IMG/VR virus record: IMGVR_UViG_3300032116_000104
Location: 20,373-84,372 of that record
Length of the DNA: 64,000 nt
Direction: 5' to 3' (one strand)
From: a virus
Made by a program: the position numbers and the translations under genes. How positions within the stretch are numbered: position 1 is the first letter of the stretch; every line of letters begins with the position of its first letter. This document shows, piece after piece, positions 30,126-40,843 of the stretch. Under the pieces are notes generated by a model, which saw only the letters and a list, made by a program, of their open reading frames with translations, searched no databases and was not told the origin of the DNA.

Positions 30126-30521
30126 ATGCAGAATAAAGTCGTCAACGTCAAGGTCAAGAAGGGTGATTCCCTATCGGGGTTCCCTGCTGGTTCTGTCGTA
30201 GTTAAAAACGTCGCTGGAAGAACTATTGAGGTTGGTGAGCCAAGACTTGCTCTCTTCCCAGGGGAAATTGCTGTTTTCGCTGGCTCCGCCAGGGGCGTTG
30301 CCGAGGGGCTTGCCAACAAGACGCTCAAGTCTGTTCAGGTCGTTGATGCCTATGAAGAGCCTAAGTCGTATATCTCTAGCAAGAAAAAGAAGAATGATGT
30401 TCCAGCGCCAGATGAGGAAACTGTTTCTGAAACAGTTGCATCGGAGGAGCCAGAGTCATCTGTACAATTGGGGCTTGTAGACACCGAGTCTTCCCCCTCT
30501 GACCAGCAGGAAGGTAACTAA
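30126..30521 (+). CDS. Hypothetical protein upstream of sheath
   Basis: GGAG RBS; TAATG coupling to the sheath gene. Confidence 0.7.
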   Translation: MQNKVVNVKVKKGDSLSGFPAGSVVVKNVAGRTIEVGEPRLALFPGEIAVFAGSARGVAEGLANKTLKSVQVVDAYEEPKSYISSKKKKNDVPAPDEETVSETVASEEPESSVQLGLVDTESSPSDQQEGN

Positions 30522-31984
30522 TGCCAGGCATTGTAATTGAAACAGCAGTAAGAACTGGTCCCTCAACCGCGACTGTTCGTGCGTCTTCACAGTTCTTTGT
30601 TGTTGGTCTCGCTGAGCGCGGCACCACCACTGCTCCAGTCAAGGTTGAGAGCCTTGAGCAGTTTGAGACCTACTTCGGCGGTTATCAGTCCTACTCATAC
30701 CTCCACCCGACAGTCCAGACCTTCTTTGAGGAGGGCGGTACTCGCGCCTATGTCGCAAGAGTGGTTGGTTCGGCTGCTGACTCTGGTTCGTTGACTCTTG
30801 ATGACGGCGACGACGATAACACCATCACTATCACTGCTGTTGGCGAGGGCAACTGGTCAACCAGAATCAAGGTTCAGGTTGTTGATGCCTCTGGTGACAG
30901 AAACGTCAAGATTCTTCTTGACGATGTGGAGATTTTCGCAACTGGCGCCCAGTCAACCGTGACTGGCATTATCAACGCCATCAACACCAGCGTTGAGGCT
31001 TCTCCGTATGTGGTTGCGAGCAACGATAACTCAACCAACAACAACCCACTCCCAGCGGTTCTCGCTGCTACGGCGCTTTCTGCTGGTGACGATGATAGGG
31101 CTGCAGTTGTTGCTGCTGACTATGTCAATGCTCTTGAACTGTTCAATGACTCATACGGCGATGGCGCCGTGGCGGTTGTGGAGAATACCTCCGACACGGT
31201 AAAAGAGGGTCTGGTTGAGCACGCCAACACTCACAGCAGAATCGCCCTTCTCCACTCAGCCTCTGGCACTTCTGTGTCAACGGTAATTGCTGATGCTGAG
31301 GAAATCACCGACCTTGAGCATGCCGAGCACGCGGCCTACTACTTCCCGTGGGTGTATGTGCCGACTAGCGTGAATGGCGTGAATCGCCTGATTCCTCCGA
31401 CTGGCTATGTGGCTGCCAAGCGTGCGCAGGCTCACAACCAGACTGGACCTCACGCTCCTGCTGCTGGCCTGATGTCACGCTCGCGCTTCGTCAATGGAGT
31501 TGAGACAGATATTGACCGCACCAACGGCGACCTTCTTGACAACGGCAAGGTCAACGCTATCCGCGTTCTGAGCAACACCATCCGTATCTACGGTGCACGC
31601 TCATGCTCGTCTGATGTCGCCAACTTCCGCTTCTACACTGCTCAGGATGTTCTGAACTCAGTGGTGACGCAAGCCTTCACCTCGCTTGAGGACCTGGTGT
31701 TCTCTGTCATTGACGGCAGAAACATCGTCCTGGCTTCGGTGGAGTCGCGCCTTGTGAGTCTCCTTGAGGGTCTCAAGAACCTCGGCGCCCTGTACCCATC
31801 GTTTGATGCCTTTGGTGTTCAGGTTGACCCTGGCTACACGGTCAAGTGCAACCCATCCATCAACCCACTCACCCAACTAGCCGATGGCACCATCAAGGCC
31901 GAGGTTGGAATCAGGGTGTCCAGCATTGGCGACAAGATTAACGTCACAATCGTCAAGTCCAACCTGACTACATCTATTGTCTAG
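30521..31984 (+). CDS. Tail sheath protein
   Basis: MPGIVIE, FFEEGG.RAYVARV, YFPWV, PPTGYVA, VNAIR....IRIYGARS. Confidence 0.93.
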   Translation: MPGIVIETAVRTGPSTATVRASSQFFVVGLAERGTTTAPVKVESLEQFETYFGGYQSYSYLHPTVQTFFEEGGTRAYVARVVGSAADSGSLTLDDGDDDNTITITAVGEGNWSTRIKVQVVDASGDRNVKILLDDVEIFATGAQSTVTGIINAINTSVEASPYVVASNDNSTNNNPLPAVLAATALSAGDDDRAAVVAADYVNALELFNDSYGDGAVAVVENTSDTVKEGLVEHANTHSRIALLHSASGTSVSTVIADAEEITDLEHAEHAAYYFPWVYVPTSVNGVNRLIPPTGYVAAKRAQAHNQTGPHAPAAGLMSRSRFVNGVETDIDRTNGDLLDNGKVNAIRVLSNTIRIYGARSCSSDVANFRFYTAQDVLNSVVTQAFTSLEDLVFSVIDGRNIVLASVESRLVSLLEGLKNLGALYPSFDAFGVQVDPGYTVKCNPSINPLTQLADGTIKAEVGIRVSSIGDKINVTIVKSNLTTSIV

Positions 31985-31997
31985 GAGTAGATAAACA

Positions 31998-32471
31998 ATG
32001 GCAAAAGTATCCCAGAGACAGGTCCTTGCGACAATTGACCCAGTGACCACTGGGGCCCCAAAGTGGAATGAGTTCCGCTTTGCCCAGGTGTCAGGTGGAG
32101 AAATCACCGCGTCTGTGGAGAAAATCTACGAGGGTGGTGCTCAGTTCCCGACGGTGCTGTGCGCCCCATACGAGATTGGCGACATCACGCTAACCGCCCA
32201 CTTTGACGATGACGTAACTCCGTCTGATGACTACAATGGTATTGCCTACAAACTGCGTCTACTCCGCGACAGAGTTGGCAAGGCCTACTACAACATCACG
32301 GTTGCTACATACGACTGTGACCTCAAGGTGAACGGCAACGACCGCATCTACAGCAACTGCCTCCTGGTTGGCCTGACCGAGCCAGACGGCGACTCTTCAT
32401 CGGGTGCCCCAGCGACGTTTGCTCTGACCTTCTCGGTCCAGAACGTCACTGGTCCTAGCACCAACGCCTGA
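31998..32471 (+). CDS. Tail tube protein
   Basis: Follows sheath; FAQVSGGE, DITLT, PDGDSSS. Confidence 0.85.
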   Translation: MAKVSQRQVLATIDPVTTGAPKWNEFRFAQVSGGEITASVEKIYEGGAQFPTVLCAPYEIGDITLTAHFDDDVTPSDDYNGIAYKLRLLRDRVGKAYYNITVATYDCDLKVNGNDRIYSNCLLVGLTEPDGDSSSGAPATFALTFSVQNVTGPSTNA

Positions 32472-32533
32472 TTAGTTAATCTCTTTACAGGGTAGTTTCC
32501 CACGGGGTGGGTGCTGTGTGCTAGGTTTCTGGC

Positions 32534-33049
32534 ATGAGCGAAAACTCCCTTTACCTAGAAGAAACCCCCGAGCCAAAGAAGGGCGCCAAGTCGGCCCCTG
32601 CGCAGCCAACTGTCCTTGACCGCCTGAAGGAGACAATCTCCAAGAAGGTTGAGCGCCAGACTGTTCACCTTGAGGTTCCAGAGCGTCCGAATGTGACCCT
32701 CATCATCTCCCCTAACATCAGTCAGCATGATATGCGTCGTTGGCGCAAGGCTGCTGGCGAGGACAGCAAGAACGGCATGGATGCCACCCGCTTTGCTTGT
32801 TCGGTAATCGGACACACCACCGTCGGAATCGCCTTTGACGGCGAAGAGGTCATGGACGAAGAGGGCTATCCGCTGAACTTTGCCTCTCCAGTAATCATGG
32901 AGATGACGGATACTAGCCGTCCAATCCCAGAGGCAGTTCGTGCATTCTTCGGAATTGACCCACATATTGAGGCTGCTGCCCTCGCGATTCTTGATGCGGC
33001 TGGCTACGGGGAGACCGTAGATACCGTGGACCCTACGAAGGGGTCATAG
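32534..33049 (+). CDS. Tail assembly chaperone (G-like)
   Basis: Between tube and tape measure; ends DPTKGS. Confidence 0.75.
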   Translation: MSENSLYLEETPEPKKGAKSAPAQPTVLDRLKETISKKVERQTVHLEVPERPNVTLIISPNISQHDMRRWRKAAGEDSKNGMDATRFACSVIGHTTVGIAFDGEEVMDEEGYPLNFASPVIMEMTDTSRPIPEAVRAFFGIDPHIEAAALAILDAAGYGETVDTVDPTKGS

Positions 33050-33219
33050 AAGACTTAGCCGATGAGGCTGTAATTATCTCAGCCGCGAGGCTGGGAGAAG
33101 TCTTCGGAACTGACCCAGTCAGGATTCTTGACTCAACTGATGACGAATGGGTCATTAGGCTTGCTTGTGCTAAAGTGGTTGCCAGAGACCGCGAAGAACA
33201 GGCCAAGAAAAACAAGTAG
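33031..33219 (+). CDS. Tail assembly chaperone -1 frame extension (T-like)
   Basis: Open -1 frame ...IEDLADEAVIISAARLGEVFGTDP...KKNK* with no ATG start of its own. Confidence 0.65.
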   Translation, partial: PYEGVIEDLADEAVIISAARLGEVFGTDPVRILDSTDDEWVIRLACAKVVARDREEQAKKNK

Positions 33220-33255
33220 TTTCTTGGTCTTCGCGTCGTTGCGCACGGAGATGGC

Positions 33256-36200
33256 ATGGCTGACGAAAAAGTCACAATCAAGATTGAAGTCAACTCTGAC
33301 GTTCGTGGCGCAAAAAGAGTCAATCGGGAACTCAAAGAAATTGCCCGCACTGCCGACCGCATCAATGCCCATTCTGGCATGCGGAGCAGTACAAAAAACC
33401 TCACTGGAATGCTCAATGGGCAGCAAGTGGTCTGGAAGAAGCACTTTGATGAACTTGACAAGTTGACCAAGATGTTCGGCAAGGGCATGCAAATGGGCAT
33501 GAAACTTGCCACCAAAGCCGTTATTGCCGAACTAGCGATTCTCAGCGTCTCGCTCGTTGGTATCCATGGACTGTTTGCCGCTGGTCAGGGGATAATGAAA
33601 GCCTACCGATGGGCCCTTGATGCCACTGGCGCTGCGGCTACTGGACTTGTTTTTGCCTTGTCAACAGTTGCTGCTGCATTGAGAGAACAACAGGCGGCAA
33701 TGTACGCCTACAAGACCAATACTCTTCCGCAGTTCGGCTCTGGGCTGAACCAGACGAGAGTTCTGATGAGGGCTCTTAGTTCCGACAGTGAGATGGCTTT
33801 CATCGGTGTTGAGAATCTCAACAAGGCATTTGCTGCAGTATCCAAGAACTCAACATGGACCGCAAATAGTCAGCAACTCCTTAGAGGACTCATGGACTTT
33901 GCGGCTGCTGGTCAGCCACTTGAGCAAGGTGTTGAGAAGGCTGGAGAACTCATCGGCTTGCTCCAGGACACCAAGTCATCCTGGGGTTCTATCAAGAAAG
34001 CAGCCGAAGCATCAAGCCCTGCAATGAAAAAGGCTCTTGAAGAAGCCAAGAAGCAGGGAATCAATACAAGAGAAGAACTCATCAATGCCATCAATAGCGG
34101 CCAGTTGTCTTCGCTAGGTGGAGTGAGTGGTCAGTTTGACGCCGTGAGCGGAACCCTCATTAACCAACTCAAGGGGTACTTCAACATTGTTCGCGGAAGA
34201 TTTGCTGACCTTGGACAGCAGTTTCTTGCGCCAGTCAAAGAGGCCATGAGCGAGTTGATGAACATCTTCAATAGAATGTTCATCAGAACAATCCCAGCCC
34301 TCTCCAAGAGGGGAATCAACTCGTTCACTGATGGAATTGTCAATGTTGCAGAAAAGATAGAAAGACTCTATTCAAAAATTATCTACCAATACACTGAAAG
34401 AACTGAGGGAGTTTTTGAGGGCATTTCCAAATGGTGGGCAAAGTTCAGACAGGGATGGGAAGACACAAAAGAAGCCCTAAGACCGTTTATTGAGGGTGCT
34501 CGCGTCATTGAGGACGCCCTAAAGGCGGCGTTCCAGCCCATCAAGGAGACTGTCTCTGGAAAGTTTGGCGACTTCAATGAATGGCTTCAGGAGAACAGGG
34601 GGGAAGTCGTTGAGTTTGGCGACAAGATGGGCAAACTTGTTTCTGCGATATTGAAACTTTTTGGGGAAATTGGCAAACTTTATAGAACCCTTCTGCCGTT
34701 CATTAACAGACTCGTTGACGGACTTACACAGGTAGTTAACCTGACATCCAGCATGTTTGGCATGTTTAGTGGCATGGGGCAATTTGGCGGTCTATTTGCC
34801 CTACTTGGAATGCGTCAACTTGGAGGAAAGTTGGCTGGCACCAGAGGTGGATTTATAGGTGTGGGTGCTGGCGCTGCTGGTTCTGCACCTGCTGGAAGTT
34901 ATGGACCATATGGTTCAAACTTCGCCACAATGCAGCAACAGGCAGCACAAAGACAAGGCATGGGGGTAAGAAGCGGTGGCCTGAGGAGCAGCACTGGCGC
35001 TGCCGCTGCCGCTGGCACTGCTGGTCGTGGTGGTTTTAGAGGATTCATGTCAAATGTCGGTACAAGATTCGGCAACTATGCATCACAGCAGTTCGGCCCC
35101 ATGGACATGGCTGAGTACAGGAGAATAGAGAAAGGGGCGCAACAGCCGACTGCATTTCAAAGAAGCAGCACCATGCAGGCCCTAAGAAGGGCAAGATACA
35201 GAAACCAGGGGCTTCAAAAATTCCAGCAAAGCGGTGGAGCAAAACTGGGAGTCGGCATGGGACTTGGAATGCTGAGTGCCGTCGCTCCAGCCGAGATGCA
35301 GGGTGCCCTTGCGCTCGGCGGCATGGCTGCCCAAATCAATCCGATGCTTGGTTTGGCAGTCGGCGGCCTTGGTGCCGCCATGAATGCCCAGGGTGGCTTG
35401 AGTGGAGCGCTGGCTGGCGCTGGCGGTGGAGCCGCACTCGGTGCCATGGTTGGAGGACCAGTTGGGGCAATGGTCGGAGCCGCTCTTGGTGGCATTGCTG
35501 GAGCAATTAGGGGCTGGACCAATAAGAGCAAAACACAAGCAAAAATGGCCAGGAAAGCAGTTACTGATACCCTAACAAGCATTACTACTGGTGCTGCAGA
35601 GTTTGCTATTGCCGAACTGATGGCTGGCCCAGGGAGGGGTGCTAACCCAATCAGGGAAGCACTGCAAAAACAAAAGTCGCAAGCACAGTCATTCGGAGAT
35701 GTTGTTCGTTCTGGAATGGGAAACAGGGCGCAAAACAAAGAACTATTGCAGGACCTTTTTGACAATCAACTAACGCTTGGCATCAAAATCACTGAGAGCC
35801 AATTGAAAGACATGATGGAAAAGCCAGATACCGCAGTATCTGAGTACATCAAGCAGACCAATGCCCAGATGGGTGCAAGCGAAATTGTCATGGACTCTTT
35901 CAATACCAAAATGCAGTTCTTGCAGAATTACACTGGTCAAACAGAAGACCAAATTCTTGCGCTAGCAAAGACCATGGGAGTAAATCTCCTTGACGGAACC
36001 CAGACAGCGATGGAAGCCCTTGAGGAAATGGGCAAATTGCAAGTCAAGACAGCGGAACAAATGAAAAACGTCTTCACAGAGGCATACGCATCTGCTGAAG
36101 GCGTGTTTGACAAAATCATCAAGCAAAAAGAAGCACCTAAAATTCTTGATGAAATGGCGAAAGCATTGTCTGGCAAACTTCAGCGTGGTGGTGGAGAGAA

Positions 36201-37251
36201 ACAAATTCTAGATTTCTTCAAAGAGTCAATGCCAGCATTGATAGCCCAATTTGGTAGTGGCGACCTTGCCATGGCTCAACTAGTTACGAGTTTTTTTGGT
36301 CCAAATGCAACCGCATTCCAGAAGGGCGGACCATTTGAGGGAATGCAAGGGCAATTTGCTTCTGTTCAAGATGAACTTATGCTTGTTATAAAAGAATTTG
36401 CTGGCGGAGCAGTTCCAGGCATCATTGACCAGATACAAAATACCCTTCCAGAAGGAAGGCAGTTGGGTGATGTTGGCGGCCTAACGACTGCACTAACTAG
36501 TCTTCTGTCAACCAATCCAGAGTTGTTTGCACAAATTACAACTGGTTCCGTTAACCAATTTGGTGGCGACCCACTAAAGTTCTTTCAAAATTTTGGCGTT
36601 GGACTCACAACAGTGGCCACAGAAGATACTACCCGTGACAATTTAGATGAACTTCCAACTGAACTCAAGACACAATATGAAGCGCTGGTCAAAGAGTTTG
36701 ACAAAGTATTTGCAAAATATACAGAAAAACCAGACTGGATGACTGATAAGTTTATTAAATTTGTTGATGAAAACAACGATACGGCAACCCCTCGCGGCGC
36801 TGGCATTGGGGACACAACATCCTCGCGCCTAGCAGTAACAATGAACCGTCACTCAGTAATGGACGACATGTTGACTGGCAAGAGAAATGTTACTTCTGCA
36901 TGGAGAAACTGGGGACTCGGCTCCATGAACTCTGACCATGTGACGGGAAGGGCCTATGACCTAACTGGGCAGAACCTTGGGGGATATCAGCAACTTGTTC
37001 AGAGCACTGGTGGATTTGCGGAGTTCCATGGGACTAACGCCAGTAGGCATCTCCACGTCGTTCCAGGCCCAGTTGGTGACACAGCCGTTCCAGCCATGAC
37101 AACTCCAGGACCAATGATGGCCACTGGCGGGTCAACCTACAATAACTACAATTTTACTGTGTCCAGCAATTCATCCGACCCAGAAGTGGTTGCTAATGTC
37201 GTGATGCGAAAGATTGAAGAAACACAAAGGGACAAGAGGGAACGCAAGTGA
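33256..37251 (+). CDS. Tape measure protein with C-terminal M15/LAS-like peptidase motif
   Basis: Long helical Ala/Gly-rich protein after the chaperones; SDHVTGRAYD and HLHV motifs. Confidence 0.9.
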   Translation: MADEKVTIKIEVNSDVRGAKRVNRELKEIARTADRINAHSGMRSSTKNLTGMLNGQQVVWKKHFDELDKLTKMFGKGMQMGMKLATKAVIAELAILSVSLVGIHGLFAAGQGIMKAYRWALDATGAAATGLVFALSTVAAALREQQAAMYAYKTNTLPQFGSGLNQTRVLMRALSSDSEMAFIGVENLNKAFAAVSKNSTWTANSQQLLRGLMDFAAAGQPLEQGVEKAGELIGLLQDTKSSWGSIKKAAEASSPAMKKALEEAKKQGINTREELINAINSGQLSSLGGVSGQFDAVSGTLINQLKGYFNIVRGRFADLGQQFLAPVKEAMSELMNIFNRMFIRTIPALSKRGINSFTDGIVNVAEKIERLYSKIIYQYTERTEGVFEGISKWWAKFRQGWEDTKEALRPFIEGARVIEDALKAAFQPIKETVSGKFGDFNEWLQENRGEVVEFGDKMGKLVSAILKLFGEIGKLYRTLLPFINRLVDGLTQVVNLTSSMFGMFSGMGQFGGLFALLGMRQLGGKLAGTRGGFIGVGAGAAGSAPAGSYGPYGSNFATMQQQAAQRQGMGVRSGGLRSSTGAAAAAGTAGRGGFRGFMSNVGTRFGNYASQQFGPMDMAEYRRIEKGAQQPTAFQRSSTMQALRRARYRNQGLQKFQQSGGAKLGVGMGLGMLSAVAPAEMQGALALGGMAAQINPMLGLAVGGLGAAMNAQGGLSGALAGAGGGAALGAMVGGPVGAMVGAALGGIAGAIRGWTNKSKTQAKMARKAVTDTLTSITTGAAEFAIAELMAGPGRGANPIREALQKQKSQAQSFGDVVRSGMGNRAQNKELLQDLFDNQLTLGIKITESQLKDMMEKPDTAVSEYIKQTNAQMGASEIVMDSFNTKMQFLQNYTGQTEDQILALAKTMGVNLLDGTQTAMEALEEMGKLQVKTAEQMKNVFTEAYASAEGVFDKIIKQKEAPKILDEMAKALSGKLQRGGGEKQILDFFKESMPALIAQFGSGDLAMAQLVTSFFGPNATAFQKGGPFEGMQGQFASVQDELMLVIKEFAGGAVPGIIDQIQNTLPEGRQLGDVGGLTTALTSLLSTNPELFAQITTGSVNQFGGDPLKFFQNFGVGLTTVATEDTTRDNLDELPTELKTQYEALVKEFDKVFAKYTEKPDWMTDKFIKFVDENNDTATPRGAGIGDTTSSRLAVTMNRHSVMDDMLTGKRNVTSAWRNWGLGSMNSDHVTGRAYDLTGQNLGGYQQLVQSTGGFAEFHGTNASRHLHVVPGPVGDTAVPAMTTPGPMMATGGSTYNNYNFTVSSNSSDPEVVANVVMRKIEETQRDKRERK

Positions 37252-38675
37252 CAACTCAAATAACTATTCCTGATTCAGTTTATGATGGCACTCTTCCGAC
37301 AATGCAGACACGTGTTACAGGTAGGGCGGTTTTTGAGAATCTCGGTGGAGCAGGAAGATGGATTGCCGTTAATTACAAAGGACAAAAAAAATATTTCAGA
37401 GGCACTGGCGAAACAATTCTCAGAGACTTTCTGATAACTGACGGTAATAGTAATGGTTCCAATTTAGCGGGATACGACATACGCTTTCCAATATTCAGGC
37501 AACTAATTCAAAACAATGGAACATGGGCGATGTCAGTCACGAGGTTTATACCATCATTTGCTGGTGGAAGCACTGAAAAAAATAATACAAAATTGGTCAG
37601 CGCTGGCCCCAATCCAAGAATAACAATGCTAATTCTTGATAGCGCACCTTTGTCTAGAAGTTACAGTTTTGTGTACAGGGGAAGGACAATAACTGGAAAT
37701 ACAAACAGCCTGAGTGCGGTTACAACTAACTATCAATTTAGGGCTCCGACAGTTTCAGTACCTTCTTCTGCAGCGAATGCGCGGATGTTTGAGATGGGCG
37801 ACCTGCAAAGACTCGCACAAGCCGCGCGAGCAGCAGAAGCGGCTAACTCAAACGGTCGTTCCTCCTCTTCATCAAGAACGTCTAGGCGACCAGGTGCGCC
37901 AGCAGTAGCACCTCCTGCGAGATTCACTCCAAGACCACAGCCAGCACCTATTACTGTTGACTTTGGTCCAGGACTGCAGTTTGGACCGTCTCCGTCGGAA
38001 TTGGCGAATAAGCCATACCTTATGCAGAGATTTGTCATTACTGGTGCTGACGGCAATCCTCAACAGGTTACTCGCAGATTTCTCCTCAAAATTATTCCCA
38101 ACTCCTTCCAGTACAGCAATGTCAATGCTGCGTGGAACGAAGTTGATAGGCCAGGAAACTTTGCTATTACTGACTGGGCAAAATACAATCTATTAAAAGT
38201 TTCTTTCAAGTTCCTTATTGCCGCCGATGTATCACCAGACAGGTTGATAGACGATTCCCCTTCAAGTATTCCTCGTGATGGATTGCTCTCAAGCATTGAA
38301 CCAGAACTAAGAGAAATCAGGGCAATTGCTGGAGCGCCGCATCCAGTTTCACTGATTAATTTTCAGTCGTATCTTACCAATACAATGCGGTTTCCATTCA
38401 TTGAGGATAAGTCTGGAGCAAAGTTTGTTATCGCAGACATGAGCGTAACAACATCAAGATTCTTGCCAAGCGGCATAATGGATGCAAGCGCTGCTGAAGT
38501 ATCAATGACGCTAACTGAGTTTGTTGAGCCAGTCACTCAATTGGCAAAACTGCCACCCATTCAGTCACAACAGAGACCACCGAGTACTTCAACAAACAGA
38601 CCACCAGCAGCCAATAATCGCGGTCTATATAGCGATTCGTGGACAATACCTATCCCCAGGACACAGCAGCCGTAA
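37248..38675 (+). CDS. Putative tail tube initiator/baseplate protein
   Basis: C-terminal P....Y.....W.EV.RPG...L.KVSF.F...VSMTLTEF pattern; synteny. Confidence 0.6.
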   Translation: MTTQITIPDSVYDGTLPTMQTRVTGRAVFENLGGAGRWIAVNYKGQKKYFRGTGETILRDFLITDGNSNGSNLAGYDIRFPIFRQLIQNNGTWAMSVTRFIPSFAGGSTEKNNTKLVSAGPNPRITMLILDSAPLSRSYSFVYRGRTITGNTNSLSAVTTNYQFRAPTVSVPSSAANARMFEMGDLQRLAQAARAAEAANSNGRSSSSSRTSRRPGAPAVAPPARFTPRPQPAPITVDFGPGLQFGPSPSELANKPYLMQRFVITGADGNPQQVTRRFLLKIIPNSFQYSNVNAAWNEVDRPGNFAITDWAKYNLLKVSFKFLIAADVSPDRLIDDSPSSIPRDGLLSSIEPELREIRAIAGAPHPVSLINFQSYLTNTMRFPFIEDKSGAKFVIADMSVTTSRFLPSGIMDASAAEVSMTLTEFVEPVTQLAKLPPIQSQQRPPSTSTNRPPAANNRGLYSDSWTIPIPRTQQP

Positions 38676-38681
38676 TCAGCC

Positions 38682-40229
38682 ATGCTTGATAAGAACTCAA
38701 TTCAAATTGCCTCTCTATCAACACGGCAAGTTCAGGAAATAGCAGAGGCAATTACATCTCTTGATGTCAATTACTCCATTGATGAGGCCAGTCAAATCTC
38801 TTTTCAGGTCATTGACCCCCAGTTCAAGATGGCGGAAAACGGTTACTTCACCGTTGGTAGAGAAGTCATTTTTACAGCATCAACCGTCTCGCCGTTTCTC
38901 GTGAATAGTTTTGGCAAATTTATTAGCAACTATGCAGATGGTGGAGAATTCGCAAGAGCAAGCCTTTTTTACGAAATGGCATCTGTGACTGTTGGCCAGA
39001 ATGGAAGCAATTCACCGACTTGGACCATCAAGGCTCGTCCCAAGGCTGTTCAGCAGATGAAGAGAGACAGAGAACCAAAAAATATCAAAGGTTCTGGAAG
39101 TGAATTTGTTCAGAATGCTGCCAGAAGGTACGGGCTTTTTCCAGTTACACAAAACACCAACAAGAGTTACAAAATCAATAGCGCCAATGGCTCACAGCAG
39201 GCAACCTCTACATGGGACGCAATGAAGAGCATTGCTGACGAAGCAGAATTTGTGCTCTTTGAGGCAGATGGAGTTCTTTATTTTGGGCAGGAAAAATGGC
39301 TTTTGAACAAATGGGGCACACACGCCAGTGGAGGAAATCAAATTTTTGACGCGAGGGGAAGGGCGGTTCTGGATAAAAACGGTAATCCTAAATTCAGGCC
39401 ATACAAGCGCTTTATCCCAATGTCTTGGCCGCCTGGCTCATCCACTATGACCGAAGATTTCAGACTTATTGAAATACCCAGCATCACTCAGTCAGACAAT
39501 GACGCCTATATTGCTGATGGTTCTTTCAACTGCGAAAGGATGAATGGCACGAGAATGCGTCCTGGCATGACAGTGAAATTCATTAACATTCCGAACTTTG
39601 CTGGAGAATATCTTGTCACACAGGTTTCCTATCGCGAGCAGTCCACGGACCCAGTATCGGTGTCTTTTAGAACTCCAACAAAACTTAAAGATGAAAAAAT
39701 AAAAGACATTGCTATCGGCACGGTTGTAGACAACATATATAAAATCTATAGAGGAACTGAGAGAGATAGGGCAGTTCCTGTTGCTGCCGCCAACGTAGGA
39801 ACAGTAAGACCTGTTTACAGGCAGTCACCGACGCCGACCGCCGCCCGACCAATGGTTTACCCAGCGCCCAACTTTGATGAATCGTTCATCATTGAGGCTG
39901 GAAACATCTCTCTATGGGATAGACCTATCTATGTTGAAAATAGAAGAGCCGTTACAACGCGACCATTTATCCATGTAGATTCTGGAGATTATGTTGTTCT
40001 GGAGAGGGTTTGGTGCCAGAGTGGCTCACCAGCACTTCTTTCAGAAGCAGCAGCAATCACCAAATACGGGATTGATGACCAGCACCTAGGCAAATTTTCC
40101 GACGAAAGCGCAGCAAGGTCATGGGTTGAGCAACTTCTTCAGTTGGCCCCCATCGTGATACAGAAGAAGTTTCCCACCTCATATCGGAGCATTCTTGCTG
40201 GGGTTGTCCCAGTGGGATACGGTTGCTGA
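38682..40229 (+). CDS. Baseplate hub protein
   Basis: FEADGVLYFG and RPGMTV......F.GEYLVT.V motifs. Confidence 0.75.
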   Translation: MLDKNSIQIASLSTRQVQEIAEAITSLDVNYSIDEASQISFQVIDPQFKMAENGYFTVGREVIFTASTVSPFLVNSFGKFISNYADGGEFARASLFYEMASVTVGQNGSNSPTWTIKARPKAVQQMKRDREPKNIKGSGSEFVQNAARRYGLFPVTQNTNKSYKINSANGSQQATSTWDAMKSIADEAEFVLFEADGVLYFGQEKWLLNKWGTHASGGNQIFDARGRAVLDKNGNPKFRPYKRFIPMSWPPGSSTMTEDFRLIEIPSITQSDNDAYIADGSFNCERMNGTRMRPGMTVKFINIPNFAGEYLVTQVSYREQSTDPVSVSFRTPTKLKDEKIKDIAIGTVVDNIYKIYRGTERDRAVPVAAANVGTVRPVYRQSPTPTAARPMVYPAPNFDESFIIEAGNISLWDRPIYVENRRAVTTRPFIHVDSGDYVVLERVWCQSGSPALLSEAAAITKYGIDDQHLGKFSDESAARSWVEQLLQLAPIVIQKKFPTSYRSILAGVVPVGYGC

Positions 40230-40230
40230 C

Positions 40231-40818
40231 ATGACCAAGTTTGTTAACAGGGAAAAGGCCTCATCTCACCCGCTTGCTCCAGGGGGTCTCTACGTTGGCG
40301 TTGTCAAGTCCATGCTCTCGGATGGAAGGGTCAATGTCTTTGTCCCACGACTCAACTCTCATTATGGTCCACTGAGAATTGCTGGACAATCAGCAATAAC
40401 CCGTATTGAACCAGAGCAGCAGGTGGTGTTGGCATTTATGAACTCTGGAACATCAGAGATAATTGTCATTGCAGACTTGGACATAAATCCAAAAATCATA
40501 AAATCAACACTTGACGAAGATGATACGCCTGTTGAGATTTATCGCCATCCGATTCAGGGCAACTCGGCAACCAAGTTGTGCTTATTGCTAGAGAATGAAA
40601 CTATAGGCAAGTTGTACGAAGAACTGGTCATTCTGATTGTCGGCGGAACGCCATACGTCAAGCGAATGCAATATGATGAAGAAACTACAATATCAGTTCA
40701 CGGTAGATTGACTTTTGATGCCGTGCTAAGTGATGGTCATGTCGTTGTTTCCTGCGAGGCAAACAATGCGGGTACTTACCCATATTCCCTAACTACCACA
40801 AGGCTTATCTCGCTGTAG
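40231..40818 (+). CDS. Baseplate spike (gpV/gp5 OB-fold-like)
   Basis: YVGVV....DGRV.V.VP.L...VVLAF pattern. Confidence 0.7.
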   Translation: MTKFVNREKASSHPLAPGGLYVGVVKSMLSDGRVNVFVPRLNSHYGPLRIAGQSAITRIEPEQQVVLAFMNSGTSEIIVIADLDINPKIIKSTLDEDDTPVEIYRHPIQGNSATKLCLLLENETIGKLYEELVILIVGGTPYVKRMQYDEETTISVHGRLTFDAVLSDGHVVVSCEANNAGTYPYSLTTTRLISL

Positions 40819-40843
40819 GTCAATGATGTGGGAGAATGTTTAG

